Shown piece after piece: positions 38,067-47,452 of a DNA stretch of 64,000 nt (its first letter is position 1; each line of letters starts with the position of its first letter). The translations under genes were made by a program, and so were the position numbers. The notes beneath the pieces were generated by a model. The model made no database searches. It was not told the origin of the DNA and was given only the letters and a program-made list of their open reading frames with translations. This DNA comes from Acidimicrobiales bacterium (GTDB lineage Bacteria > Actinomycetota > Acidimicrobiia > Acidimicrobiales > Bin134), in NCBI GenBank assembly GCA_965231915.1, contig OZ246892.1, positions 1,664,897 through 1,728,896 on the forward strand, given 5' to 3'.

Positions 38067-39209
38067 ATGGATTTGTCGTTCACTCCGGCAGAGGAGGCCT
38101 TCCGAGAAGAGGCCCGCACATGGCTGGCCGAGAATGTGCCCGCCGATCCTCTGGCGTCGATGGACACTCCCGGTGGTTTTGAGGAGCACCGGGCGTGGGA
38201 GCACATCTTGTTCGACGCCGGGTGGGCGGTGGTGTCGTGGCCCGAGCGCTTCGGCGGCCGGGAGGCGTCGCTGGTGGAGTGGCTTATCTTCGAGGAGGAG
38301 TACTGGGCGTCGGGTGCACCGGGACGGGTTTCGTCCAATGGGGTGAGCCTGCTGGCCCCTACCATCTTCGACTTCGGCACTCCTGAGCAGCAGGACCGTT
38401 TTCTGCTGCCCATGGCCCGGGGCGACGAAGTCTGGGCCCAGGGCTGGTCGGAACCCGATGCCGGGTCGGACTTAGCGGGGATCAAAACCAAGGCTCAGCG
38501 CGACGGCGACCACTTCGTGATCGACGGCCAGAAGACTTGGTGCTCGCGGGGGGCGTTTGCCGACTGGTTCTTCTGCCTGGTGCGCACCGACCCCGACTCC
38601 GAGCGCCACGCCGGGCTGAGCTATCTGCTGGTTCCTGGCGACACCGAGGGCCTAGAAGCCCGGGCCATCGGCCGTTTGGACGGCGAGCCCGGCTTTGCCG
38701 AGCTGTTCTTCGACGGTGCTCGGGTGCATGAGCGCTATCTGCTGGGTGGCGAGGGCGAGGGCTGGGCGGTGGCCATGGCCACCACCGGCAGCGAGCGAGG
38801 GCTGAATCTGCGGGCACCAGGCCGGTTCATGGCCGCCGCCGACCGGTTGGTGGGCCTGTACCAGGAGCTGGCCGAGGCCCGGGGACCCGATCTGGACCGG
38901 CGAGACCAAGTGGTGAGCGCCTGGATGGGAGCCCAGGCATACCGTTGGCAGACCTACGCCACCGAAGCCCGCCTGCGGGGCGGCGCCCCCATCGGCTCAG
39001 AGGCCAGTTTCATGAAGGTGCTCTGGTCGGAGCTCGATGTGGAACTGCACGCCACCGCCCTGCGGCTGTTGGGCCGCGACGGGGAGCGGGCCGACAGCTC
39101 GTGGATGGACGGCTATGTGTTCGCCCTGTCAGGCCCGATATATGCCGGCACCAATGAGATCCAGAGGAACATCATCTCTGAGCGAGTTCTTGGGCTTCCG
39201 AGGCGGTAG
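38067..39209 (+). CDS. Acyl-CoA dehydrogenase (large subunit of a pair)
   Basis: ACAD pattern (WAQGWSEPDAGSDLAG, DGQKTWCS, YAGTNEIQRNIISERVLGLPR). Confidence 0.85.
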   Translation: MDLSFTPAEEAFREEARTWLAENVPADPLASMDTPGGFEEHRAWEHILFDAGWAVVSWPERFGGREASLVEWLIFEEEYWASGAPGRVSSNGVSLLAPTIFDFGTPEQQDRFLLPMARGDEVWAQGWSEPDAGSDLAGIKTKAQRDGDHFVIDGQKTWCSRGAFADWFFCLVRTDPDSERHAGLSYLLVPGDTEGLEARAIGRLDGEPGFAELFFDGARVHERYLLGGEGEGWAVAMATTGSERGLNLRAPGRFMAAADRLVGLYQELAEARGPDLDRRDQVVSAWMGAQAYRWQTYATEARLRGGAPIGSEASFMKVLWSELDVELHATALRLLGRDGERADSSWMDGYVFALSGPIYAGTNEIQRNIISERVLGLPRR

Positions 39210-39211
39210 GC

Positions 39212-40192
39212 GTGGATTTCTCGTTCAGCGACGACCAGATCATGTTCCAAGAGGCAGTGCGAGACCTTCTGGCCAACGAGTGCCCCCCCGAAGTGGTAAG
39301 AGCCGCCTGGGAGAACGAAACCGGACGAACCGATGGCCTGTGGACTGCCCTTGCCGAGATGGGTGTTGTGGGCATGACCGCCCCCGAATCGGCGGGTGGG
39401 CTCGGCATGGATGAGACCGACTTGGTGCTGCTGTTGGAGGAGGCGGGTCGGGCAGCGCTGCCCGAGCCCTTGCTGGAGCACACCGCGGTGGGAATTCCCA
39501 CACTGGCCGAAGCGGGCGGACCGGTCGCCGACGCCTGGTTGGAACGGGCCGCATCCGGGGAGGCAACCCTGGGCGCGGCCCCCGACGAGGGCTACGCGGT
39601 TGGGGCGGCAACGTGCGACGTTGTGTTCGTCATCGGCGAGCAAGTTCGGGTTGTGTCGATAGATGAAGCAACGCTGGTCGAGCACCGCTCAGTGGACGGT
39701 TCTCGACGACTGTTTGAGGTGGAGGGAGAGGCCGTCGTTATCGACGCCGATCCCGCGCTGGCCTTCGACCGTGCCGCCGCCGCGGCCGCCGCCCAGTGCG
39801 TCGGGGTGGCCCAACATCTGCTGGACGCCACCGTGGAGTACGTGGCCCAGCGCTACCAGTTCGGCAAGCCGGTGGGCAGCTACCAGGCGGTAAAACACCA
39901 TCTGGCTAACGCTGCTCTCAAGATCGAGTTCGCCCGCCCCGCGGCCCGCCATGCCGCCTGGTGCATCGCTACCGGCGACCCCGACCGCAGCCGAGACGTT
40001 TCGCTGGCCAAGGCCCTGGCCTCCGAATCGGTTGACTTGGCCGCCCGAACCGCCCTCCAGTGCCACGGCGCCATCGGCTACACCTACGAATACGACCTGC
40101 ACCTGTGGATGAAGCGGGGCTGGGCCCTGTCGGCCGCCTGGGGCGACGCCGCCTGGCACCGGAACCGAATCGCCGGCGCCCTGGGAATCTGA
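39212..40192 (+). CDS. Acyl-CoA dehydrogenase family protein (small partner subunit)
   Basis: ACAD C-terminal pattern (RYQFGKPVGSYQAVKHHLA, QCHGAIGYTYEYDLHLWMKR). Lies 2 nt after the preceding ACAD, an arrangement like the alpha2beta2 FadE pairs. Confidence 0.8.
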   Translation: MDFSFSDDQIMFQEAVRDLLANECPPEVVRAAWENETGRTDGLWTALAEMGVVGMTAPESAGGLGMDETDLVLLLEEAGRAALPEPLLEHTAVGIPTLAEAGGPVADAWLERAASGEATLGAAPDEGYAVGAATCDVVFVIGEQVRVVSIDEATLVEHRSVDGSRRLFEVEGEAVVIDADPALAFDRAAAAAAAQCVGVAQHLLDATVEYVAQRYQFGKPVGSYQAVKHHLANAALKIEFARPAARHAAWCIATGDPDRSRDVSLAKALASESVDLAARTALQCHGAIGYTYEYDLHLWMKRGWALSAAWGDAAWHRNRIAGALGI

Positions 40193-40250
40193 CCTCCCGG
40201 CGCCTAGCTCAACCGGTTGCATCGGTATGCGGTGGACTAGCGTGGCCGAG

Positions 40251-41060
40251 ATGAGCACAGAGGGCGCCACCGCGGTGGCTGAGCGGCCCGCCGGTTCGGA
40301 TCAGCCCCTCTTGGCCGTTGAGGGGGTCACCGTGCGCTTCGGCGGAGTGGTGGCGGTGGACGACGTGTCCATGTCGGTGCCGTCGGGCCAAATCAGGGGT
40401 CTCATCGGGCCCAACGGAGCGGGCAAGACCACCCTGTTCGACAGCATCACCGGGGTGAACACCCCCGCAGCCGGATCCATCCGGTTGGAGGGCGAGGAGT
40501 TGACCGGGCGCCCGGCCACTTGGCGGGCCCGCCGGGGCATCCGGCGCACCTTCCAGCGCCAGCAGCCCTTCGGCTGGCTGTCGGTAGCCGACAACGTGCT
40601 GTCGGCGCTGGAATGGGAGGGAGGCGGAGGGGGGATCGCCGCCGATCTGATCGCTTGGCCCACCCGACGCCGCATCGAGGCGCAGCGGCGCCAGCGGGTC
40701 GACGAGGTGCTGGAACTGTGCGGGCTCACCGACATCCGCGACACTCCGGCAGGGGAGCTGCCCATCGCCCGGGCTCGCATGGTGGAGTTGGGCCGGGCCA
40801 TCGTGTCCCGCCCCAAGCTCCTGTTGTTGGACGAGCCCACATCGGGCATCGAGCACGAAGAGGCCGAACAGCTCGGCGAGATCATCCAGACCATACGGGC
40901 CGAAGACCAGTGCTCGGTGCTGCTGGTGGAACACGACGTGGCCTTCGTCATGGCCCAGTGCAACCTCATCACCGTGCTGAACCTGGGCCAAGTCATCGGC
41001 GAGGGCTCGCCTGAAGAAGTCCGCAACAACTCGGCCGTGCGCGACGCCTACCTGGGATAG
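40251..41060 (+). CDS. ABC transporter ATP-binding protein (LivG-like)
   Basis: Walker A GPNGAGKTT, signature region, LLLLDEPTSG Walker B. Start ATG 40251. Confidence 0.85.
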   Translation: MSTEGATAVAERPAGSDQPLLAVEGVTVRFGGVVAVDDVSMSVPSGQIRGLIGPNGAGKTTLFDSITGVNTPAAGSIRLEGEELTGRPATWRARRGIRRTFQRQQPFGWLSVADNVLSALEWEGGGGGIAADLIAWPTRRRIEAQRRQRVDEVLELCGLTDIRDTPAGELPIARARMVELGRAIVSRPKLLLLDEPTSGIEHEEAEQLGEIIQTIRAEDQCSVLLVEHDVAFVMAQCNLITVLNLGQVIGEGSPEEVRNNSAVRDAYLG

Positions 41061-41072
41061 CAGCCTCCTCTC

Positions 41073-41522
41073 ATGCACACCCTCTCCTCCTCCACTGCGA
41101 TCGCGGCCCCCCAGGAGATCGCCTGGGAAGTGATGACCGACCACGAGCTCTATGCCCGGTGGGTCCCCCGTTCCCAGGTATATCTGGAGACCGAGGGCAC
41201 CCTGGAGCGAAACGGCGTCGGGGCGGTTCGGGTGTTCCGCATCGGCCCGGTGGGCACCTGTGAGGAGATCACCGCCTTCGAACCGCCCCACCGCATGACT
41301 TATCGGGTGCTCAAGATCCCGCTGCCGGTGCGCAACCTGCGCTCCGAACTGGTCCTTGTGGGCCGCGAAGACAACAGGAGCTGCGACTTGCACTGGGATT
41401 CCTGGTTCGAGCCGGTCATCCCGTTCACCGGCGGAGTCCTGCGCCGGGTCTTGGCCTCCGCAGTGGCCAAAATGGCCGTCGGCATCGCCGAGGAGGCGCA
41501 GAGCCGAGCCCAATCGGCGTGA
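41073..41522 (+). CDS. SRPBCC (START/cyclase-like) family protein
   Basis: 149 aa. IAAPQEIAWEVMTDHELYARW N-terminus, typical of SRPBCC ligand-binding proteins. Confidence 0.65.
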   Translation: MHTLSSSTAIAAPQEIAWEVMTDHELYARWVPRSQVYLETEGTLERNGVGAVRVFRIGPVGTCEEITAFEPPHRMTYRVLKIPLPVRNLRSELVLVGREDNRSCDLHWDSWFEPVIPFTGGVLRRVLASAVAKMAVGIAEEAQSRAQSA

Positions 41523-41538
41523 AGAGTCCACCGGCGTC

Positions 41539-41967
41539 GTGGTCGGTCCGGGAAGCGGCGTGAGCGAGTCGGGGCGGCTGGACGCGCCCAAACTGCTTCC
41601 ACCGGCTTTGGAAGTGAGCTACGGCGCCGACGATCTCGGCCATCCCACCGTGACCGCGCTGGTGTGTTTGGGCGAGGCCTACGAAGGCCCGCCCGGCTGC
41701 GTGCATGGCGGCTATCTGGCGGCAATGTTCGACAACCTGCTCGGGGTGCTGCCCTACCGCCTGACCGGGCAAAAGGGAGCATTCACCGGCCGGCTCACCG
41801 TGCGATACCGGGCGCTCACCCCGCTCAACACCGAACTGGTGCTCGCCGGCCGGTTGACCGGCGCCCGCAGCCGGCGGGTTACCGCCGCGGGCCAATGCCA
41901 TGCCGGGGGCGTGCTCACCGCTGAGGCTGATGCCCTGTTTGTGCGCCCCGCCTCCGATCGCCCATGA
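41539..41967 (+). CDS. Hotdog-fold thioesterase (PaaI-like)
   Basis: GCVHGGYLAAMFDNLLG motif. Start uncertain (GTG 41539 or 41560), since the track ORF's 5' part overlaps the previous gene. Confidence 0.6.
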   Translation: MVGPGSGVSESGRLDAPKLLPPALEVSYGADDLGHPTVTALVCLGEAYEGPPGCVHGGYLAAMFDNLLGVLPYRLTGQKGAFTGRLTVRYRALTPLNTELVLAGRLTGARSRRVTAAGQCHAGGVLTAEADALFVRPASDRP

Positions 41968-42482
41968 CTGCTTCTGAACCCCGCCCAGTGGTGGTGATGC
42001 TGTGTACCGGCAACGCGGCCCGCTCGGTGATGGCCACCGTCATCGGCCGCGCCCGTACCGACGCGGTGAGATTTGTCGGGGCGGGCACCCACAGCATTGA
42101 AGGACTGCCCATGAGCGGCCGGACTCGCCGGGCTCTGGAGGGATTGGGCCTGGCCGACGGAACCCACCGCAGCCATCAGCTCACCGCCGCCGATGCTCAA
42201 GGGGCCGACCTCATCGTGGCCTTCGCCCCCGAGCACGTGGACTACGTGCGCCGGGTCCATCCCGAGGCCGCGGCCCGCACCGCCACCATAAAGCGCCTGG
42301 TGGCCGAGCTGAGGCCTGGCCCCGAGCCGCTGGCCCGGCGGGTGGCCGCGCTCAACCTGGCCGACGCCAAGGTGCCCCGCGACGAGGAGGTGGTCGATCC
42401 CGGTGGCGGCGAGGACGAGGAATTCATCGCCTGCGCCCGCGAGATCGACTCGCTGATGGCCCAACTAATGCTCCTGTTGTAG
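41964..42482 (+). CDS. Low-molecular-weight phosphotyrosine phosphatase / ArsC-like
   Basis: VVVMLCTGNAARSVMA (CX5RS P-loop). 172 aa. Confidence 0.8.
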   Translation: MTASEPRPVVVMLCTGNAARSVMATVIGRARTDAVRFVGAGTHSIEGLPMSGRTRRALEGLGLADGTHRSHQLTAADAQGADLIVAFAPEHVDYVRRVHPEAAARTATIKRLVAELRPGPEPLARRVAALNLADAKVPRDEEVVDPGGGEDEEFIACAREIDSLMAQLMLLL

Positions 42483-42494
42483 AGCTATGTACCA

Positions 42495-43697
42495 TTGTTG
42501 CCGATGGATATCCGATTCACTGCGGACGAACTGGCATTCCGCTACGAGCTGCGCGACTGGCTCGGCACCGTGCTGCCCACGCTGGGCGATCCTCCAGACA
42601 GCGACGACTGGTCGGTGCGCCGGGAATGGGACACGGGGTGGCAGCGGATGCTGTACGACGCCGGTTATGCGGGCATCAATTGGCCCTCGGAGTTCGGCGG
42701 GCGGGGCTCCACCCCCACTGAGCATCTGATCTTTCTGGAGGAAACCACCCGCATGGGCGCTCCCCATGTGGGGATGAACTTCGTGGGCCAACTCCATGCC
42801 GGCCCCACCCTGATTCTCGAGGCCACCCCGGCTCAGCAGGCTTACCACCTGCCCGCAATCTTGAAGGGTGAGCAGGTGTGGTGCCAAGGCTTCTCCGAGC
42901 CCAATGCCGGATCCGATTTGGCCTCGCTGTCCACTCGGGCGATCCGCGACGGCGACCACTACGTGGTGACCGGCCAGAAGATCTGGACGTCGTACGGCCA
43001 CGTAGCCGACTATTGCGAGATGCTGGTGCGCACCGACACCGAGGCGCCGAAGCACCGGGGCATCACCTGGCTGATCTGTCCCATGAACCTGCCGGGCATC
43101 GAAGTGAGGCCCATCACCACCGTGGGCGGGTCCAGCGAGTTCTGCGAGGTGTTCTTCGACGAGGTCCGCATCCCGGTGGAGAACCGGGTGGGTGACGAGA
43201 ACGACGGCTGGCGGGTGGCCATGGTCACCTTCAGCTTCGAGCGGGGCACGTCCTTTATCAGCGAGCTGCTGGCCACGATGGCCCAGCTGGCCAAGATGGC
43301 CGGCACGGCCCGGCGCATTCCCCGCAACGGGTCAACCGCCTGGGACGATCCCGGAGTGCGCCGGGAGATCGGTCGCCTCCAAGCCGAGTACGACGCCCTG
43401 TGGGCCCTGACCAAGCGGGTGGTGTCACAGGCCCAGCGCACCGGGATGCCCGGCCCCGGCGGCTCGGTTTTCAAGCTCTACTACGCCGAGGTGAGAAAGC
43501 GCATGACCGATTTGGCCCAACGAATGCTGGAGCGGGAGGCCCTGGTGTTAGCCGACAACGTCGACGACGAGCGGTTCGGCGGCGACATGATGGACAGCCG
43601 GCTTTACGTGCTCAGCCTCTCCATTGCCGCGGGCACCTCCGAGATTCAACGGAACATCATCGGCGAGCGCATCCTGGGCTTGCCCAAGGAGCGGTAG
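42495..43697 (+). CDS. Acyl-CoA dehydrogenase (large subunit of a pair)
   Basis: WCQGFSEPNAGSDLAS, TGQKIWTS, AAGTSEIQRNIIGERILGLPK. Confidence 0.85.
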   Translation: MLPMDIRFTADELAFRYELRDWLGTVLPTLGDPPDSDDWSVRREWDTGWQRMLYDAGYAGINWPSEFGGRGSTPTEHLIFLEETTRMGAPHVGMNFVGQLHAGPTLILEATPAQQAYHLPAILKGEQVWCQGFSEPNAGSDLASLSTRAIRDGDHYVVTGQKIWTSYGHVADYCEMLVRTDTEAPKHRGITWLICPMNLPGIEVRPITTVGGSSEFCEVFFDEVRIPVENRVGDENDGWRVAMVTFSFERGTSFISELLATMAQLAKMAGTARRIPRNGSTAWDDPGVRREIGRLQAEYDALWALTKRVVSQAQRTGMPGPGGSVFKLYYAEVRKRMTDLAQRMLEREALVLADNVDDERFGGDMMDSRLYVLSLSIAAGTSEIQRNIIGERILGLPKER

Positions 43698-44633
43698 ATG
43701 GATTTCGATCTGACCGACGACCAGGTCGCGCTGTGCGACGGCATCTGGGATCTGTGCCAGGGTCGATTCGACATCGACACCGTGCGGGGCTTGGCCGACT
43801 GCGGCGGTGTGGATGGCCAACTGTGGGCTGAGCTGGCCGAAACCGGCGTGTTCTCGCTGTTGGTGCCCGAGGAAGACGACGGAGTTGGACTGGGCTGGGC
43901 CGAGGCTGGATTGGTGTTCGAGCAACTGGGCCGGGCCCTGGTGCCCGGGCCACTGGTAGGAACGCTCTTGGCTGCTGGAGTGGTGGATGACGAGGTGGTC
44001 GGCCTCGTCGAGCGCCCCGATGGCCCCGCCTGGGTGGAGTACCCCGACGTGCTCGACGCCCTGTTGGTGCTCGACGATGGCGGCGTGTGGCGGGTGAGCG
44101 CCTCCGATCTGTCGTTCGAGGCAGCTGATTCGATGGATCCGCTCACTCCGGTGGGACGGGTGGCCGAGCTGCCCCAGGGGGAGCGGGTGGACGACCCCCT
44201 CGGCTGGGCCGACCGGGCGGCGTTCTTGTGCTCGGCCCTCCAGGTGGGCCTGGCCACCGGGGCGCGAGAGCTGGCCGTGGCATACGCCCAGGAGCGCCGG
44301 CAGTTCGGCAAGCCCATAGGCCAGTTCCAGGCGGTCAAGCACATGTGCGCCGAGATGTACAGCCGGGAAGAGGTAGCCCGGGCCGCGCTGTACTACGCGG
44401 GCTGCATGCTCGACGTCCCAGATTTTGGCGACACGTCCCGCGCGGTGTCGGGGGCCCGCATCCTGGCCGCCGAGGCCGCCGACCACAATGCCAAAGACTG
44501 CGTGCAGGTCCACGGCGGCATGGGCTTCACCTGGGAGATCGACGCCCACCTGTACCTCAAGCGGGCCTGGGCGCTCACCCCGTGCTTCGGATCGCTCGAC
44601 GAGCACGCCGAGCGCATCGCCGCCATTGTCTAG
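43698..44633 (+). CDS. Acyl-CoA dehydrogenase family protein (small partner subunit)
   Basis: RRQFGKPIGQFQAVKHMCA, QVHGGMGFTWEIDAHLYLKR. Starts directly after the preceding stop. Confidence 0.8.
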   Translation: MDFDLTDDQVALCDGIWDLCQGRFDIDTVRGLADCGGVDGQLWAELAETGVFSLLVPEEDDGVGLGWAEAGLVFEQLGRALVPGPLVGTLLAAGVVDDEVVGLVERPDGPAWVEYPDVLDALLVLDDGGVWRVSASDLSFEAADSMDPLTPVGRVAELPQGERVDDPLGWADRAAFLCSALQVGLATGARELAVAYAQERRQFGKPIGQFQAVKHMCAEMYSREEVARAALYYAGCMLDVPDFGDTSRAVSGARILAAEAADHNAKDCVQVHGGMGFTWEIDAHLYLKRAWALTPCFGSLDEHAERIAAIV

Positions 44634-45921
44634 TGGTCGGTCGGCGCGGGCGACTGCGGTGAGAACCGGTAGACGACGTTTTCCCGGGAGGCTTCGGGAT
44701 TCCGGGATCGAGGTGCTCGATGATGGAGATCTTCCCCGTTCCGCAGTCGCCGAAGCCGTCGCAGGTGATCTCTCCGATGATGCCCTGGTAGTCGGCAACC
44801 TGGTCGAGGTACTGGCGGATTCCCGCCCGGTAGATCACCAGATCACCGCCCTCGACGTGAGAGGCAGCGGTCACAGCATCCAGCAGCAGCGTGGTGGCGT
44901 CATACGCGTGGGCCCAGAATGCCCGGACGGGAGGCGCCCCCGTCTTGTCGGTGAAGCGCTCAACCACTAGCGCGGCATTCATGCCGGTGGCTTGGTTGGA
45001 TTGGTTGCCGAAATCAAGGTCTGGCCCGGCGATGTAGATCCCCGCGGTTGCAGCCAGACCCAAAAACGTGTTGTAGAGCACTGCATCGGCCGAAACGAGC
45101 ACCGCGTCGTCGAAGGCCCCGTGTTGTCTCACGCCTTGGACGAACTCGGCAGCGGTCTCCTGGCCCAGCGGGAAAAACAGCGCATCGGGATCCTCGGCGG
45201 CTATTCGGCCCAGAATCTCGTCCAAATCCGCGGTGTCAAAGTCGATCTCAATGAAGTTGGTGATGGTACCGCCGTGGCGCTCGAACGCATCTCGGAACGC
45301 CTGGGCCAGCCCCAGTGTGTAGGCGTCGCCCTCGTGGACGACTGCCACATCCTGAGGGTCGAGTGAGTCGTGCAGGAAGGCCGACACCGCCTCTCCCTGG
45401 TAGAGGTCGTTGTGGGCCGTGCGGTAGTACCCCGGCTGGTAGTGCTCGCTGGGCGTGCCTGACAGATCGGAGGTGAGCAGCGGCGATGTGTTGGAAAACG
45501 AGATCATCGCCAGCCCGGCTGTGGTCACCGGCTCGGAGATGGCCGCAGCAGTTGCCGAACAAGACGGTCCGATCACGCCCACCGCGCCCTTGTCGGCCAG
45601 CACGGCCTCGGCCATCTGCGGGCCGTGTTCAGCGTCGCACAGGTCTTCGATCATCTCGCCGGCTTCAAAGGCGAAGCTGCCGTGGATCAGCCCATAGTCC
45701 TCGATGGCCAGGTCGACGATGTGGGTGTAGTCCAGCGCCTCGGGGCCGACATCTTGGATCAAGCTCATCTTGAGGATCCTGATGGGGTTGCCCTGCTCGA
45801 CGGTCACAACTCCCAGCGAGGCGTCGCTCAGCGGGTTTCCATCGTCATCGCTGCACGCTGACGCCACTAGGGCCGCAACCAGCAGGATCGAGACGACTGC
45901 GAAGCGTTGGCGTATCTTCAT
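44575..45921 (-). CDS. ABC transporter substrate-binding lipoprotein (LivJ/type I PBP-like); 3' end doubtful
   Basis: Lipobox LVASAC, PBP-like body. The last ~45 codons are Arg-rich and overlap the convergent ACAD by 59 nt. An alternative frame ends cleanly at 44630 (see finding). Confidence 0.7.
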   Translation of the reverse strand: MKIRQRFAVVSILLVAALVASACSDDDGNPLSDASLGVVTVEQGNPIRILKMSLIQDVGPEALDYTHIVDLAIEDYGLIHGSFAFEAGEMIEDLCDAEHGPQMAEAVLADKGAVGVIGPSCSATAAAISEPVTTAGLAMISFSNTSPLLTSDLSGTPSEHYQPGYYRTAHNDLYQGEAVSAFLHDSLDPQDVAVVHEGDAYTLGLAQAFRDAFERHGGTITNFIEIDFDTADLDEILGRIAAEDPDALFFPLGQETAAEFVQGVRQHGAFDDAVLVSADAVLYNTFLGLAATAGIYIAGPDLDFGNQSNQATGMNAALVVERFTDKTGAPPVRAFWAHAYDATTLLLDAVTAASHVEGGDLVIYRAGIRQYLDQVADYQGIIGEITCDGFGDCGTGKISIIEHLDPGIPKPPGKTSSTGSHRSRPRRPTTRQWRRCARRARRAIRSTG

Positions 45922-45926
45922 GCTCA

Positions 45927-46508
45927 GTGTCTAGCCGATGGATCGAGCGCCTCCCACCCCAATTCGACCCCGAGTTGGTACAGGGCGGTGACAGCCGAAA
46001 CGTGGTGGACGCCTACCGCTTCTGGCGCCACGAGGCCATCGTGGCCGACCTCGACTCCCGTCGCCACGGGTTCCATGTGGCGGTGGAGAACTGGCAGCAC
46101 GACCTCAACATCGGGACCATGGTCCGAAACGCCAACGCCTTCGGGGCCGCCGCAGTACACATAGTGGGCCGCCGGCGCTGGAACCGCCGGGGCGCCATGG
46201 TCACCGACCGCTACCTGCATGTGCTGCACCATCCCGGCTTGGGCGATCTGATCGCCTGGGCAGCCGAGGCCGATCTCCCGATCCTGGGCATCGACAACGG
46301 CCCCGGCACCGAGCCCATAGAGGGCTACTCGCTGCCCGAGCGCTGCGTGCTGCTCTTCGGCCAGGAGGGGCCGGGACTGTCGCCCGAGGCGGTGGTCGCC
46401 TGCGAGGCCGTGCTGGCCATCACCCAGTTCGGCTCCACCCGCTCCATCAACGCCGGCGTGGCCTCCGGCATCGCCATGCACCGCTGGGTCTGCCAGCACG
46501 CCCTCTGA
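45927..46508 (+). CDS. TrmH/SpoU-family RNA 2'-O-methyltransferase
   Basis: NIGTMVRNANAFGAAAVHIVG, LLFGQEGPGLS, SINAGVASGIAM SpoU motifs. Confidence 0.8.
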   Translation: MSSRWIERLPPQFDPELVQGGDSRNVVDAYRFWRHEAIVADLDSRRHGFHVAVENWQHDLNIGTMVRNANAFGAAAVHIVGRRRWNRRGAMVTDRYLHVLHHPGLGDLIAWAAEADLPILGIDNGPGTEPIEGYSLPERCVLLFGQEGPGLSPEAVVACEAVLAITQFGSTRSINAGVASGIAMHRWVCQHAL

Positions 46509-46532
46509 CTGCTGAGGCGACCCGGCCGGCCG

Positions 46533-47438
46533 TCAGGGCCGGGGCAGCAGGTTGCGGGGGAACAGGTGGTCGAGCTCGTCGAGGGTCCAGGGGTCGACCT
46601 GGGAGTGGTCGCCCCGATAGATGGCCCGCTCCTCCCGCAACTCGTTGAACACCGCCACCTGGCCGCCGGCGGCGTGGACCACATGGCCGCTGACGTAGTC
46701 GGCCGCGTCGGTACACAGCCACACCACCGCGGGGGCCACGTACTCGGGCGGGGGAGTGGTGAGGTAGCTCTGCCACATCTCGTCGTCGATGATGCCCTGC
46801 TCGTGCCAGGCCTTGAATTCGTCGTGCGACTTGGCGTGCAGCCGAGTGGCCGCCCCCGGTGCCAGGCAGTTCACGGTCACCCCGGTTCCCGCCGTCTCGG
46901 TGGCCAGAGCCTTGGTCATGGAGATCACCCCGCCCATGGCCGCGGCGAACGCCGGCTGGCCCAGATCGCCCAGCGCCCCGTGCGAGGTGGTGTTCACCAC
47001 CCGGCCCCACCCTTGCGCTGCCATCAGCGGCACGGCATGGCGGGCGATGTACCACTTCTGGGACATCTGCAAGGCGATGGTCTTGTGGTACAGCTCCGGC
47101 GCCATCTCATAGATCGACCCCCCGATGGCCGCCCCCGCGCAGTTCACCGCGATGTCGATCCGCCCATAGGCGTCCACCACCTGCTGCACCACCGCCCCGG
47201 CGCCCTCGAAGGTGGCCACGTCGCTGTGGTTGGCCACCGCCGTGCCCCCCGCCGCCTCGATGCCGGCCACCGTCCGGGCCGCATGGGAGGCATCAGCCCC
47301 GTCGCCCGCCTCGTCGGTCCCCAGATCGTTGACCACCACCTGCGCCCCATGCTCCGCCAACAGCAGCGCAATGGCCCGGCCGATCCCATTGCCCGCCCCG
47401 GTCACCATCGCCGCTTTGCCGTCAAGCCTCTTGCTCAT
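46533..47438 (-). CDS. SDR family oxidoreductase
   Basis: Start ATG 47438 (MSKRLDGKAAMVTGAGNGIGRA). About 300 aa, C-terminally extended like 18892-19794. Confidence 0.85.
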   Translation of the reverse strand: MSKRLDGKAAMVTGAGNGIGRAIALLLAEHGAQVVVNDLGTDEAGDGADASHAARTVAGIEAAGGTAVANHSDVATFEGAGAVVQQVVDAYGRIDIAVNCAGAAIGGSIYEMAPELYHKTIALQMSQKWYIARHAVPLMAAQGWGRVVNTTSHGALGDLGQPAFAAAMGGVISMTKALATETAGTGVTVNCLAPGAATRLHAKSHDEFKAWHEQGIIDDEMWQSYLTTPPPEYVAPAVVWLCTDAADYVSGHVVHAAGGQVAVFNELREERAIYRGDHSQVDPWTLDELDHLFPRNLLPRP

Positions 47439-47452
47439 GGCCGCAGGGTAGC

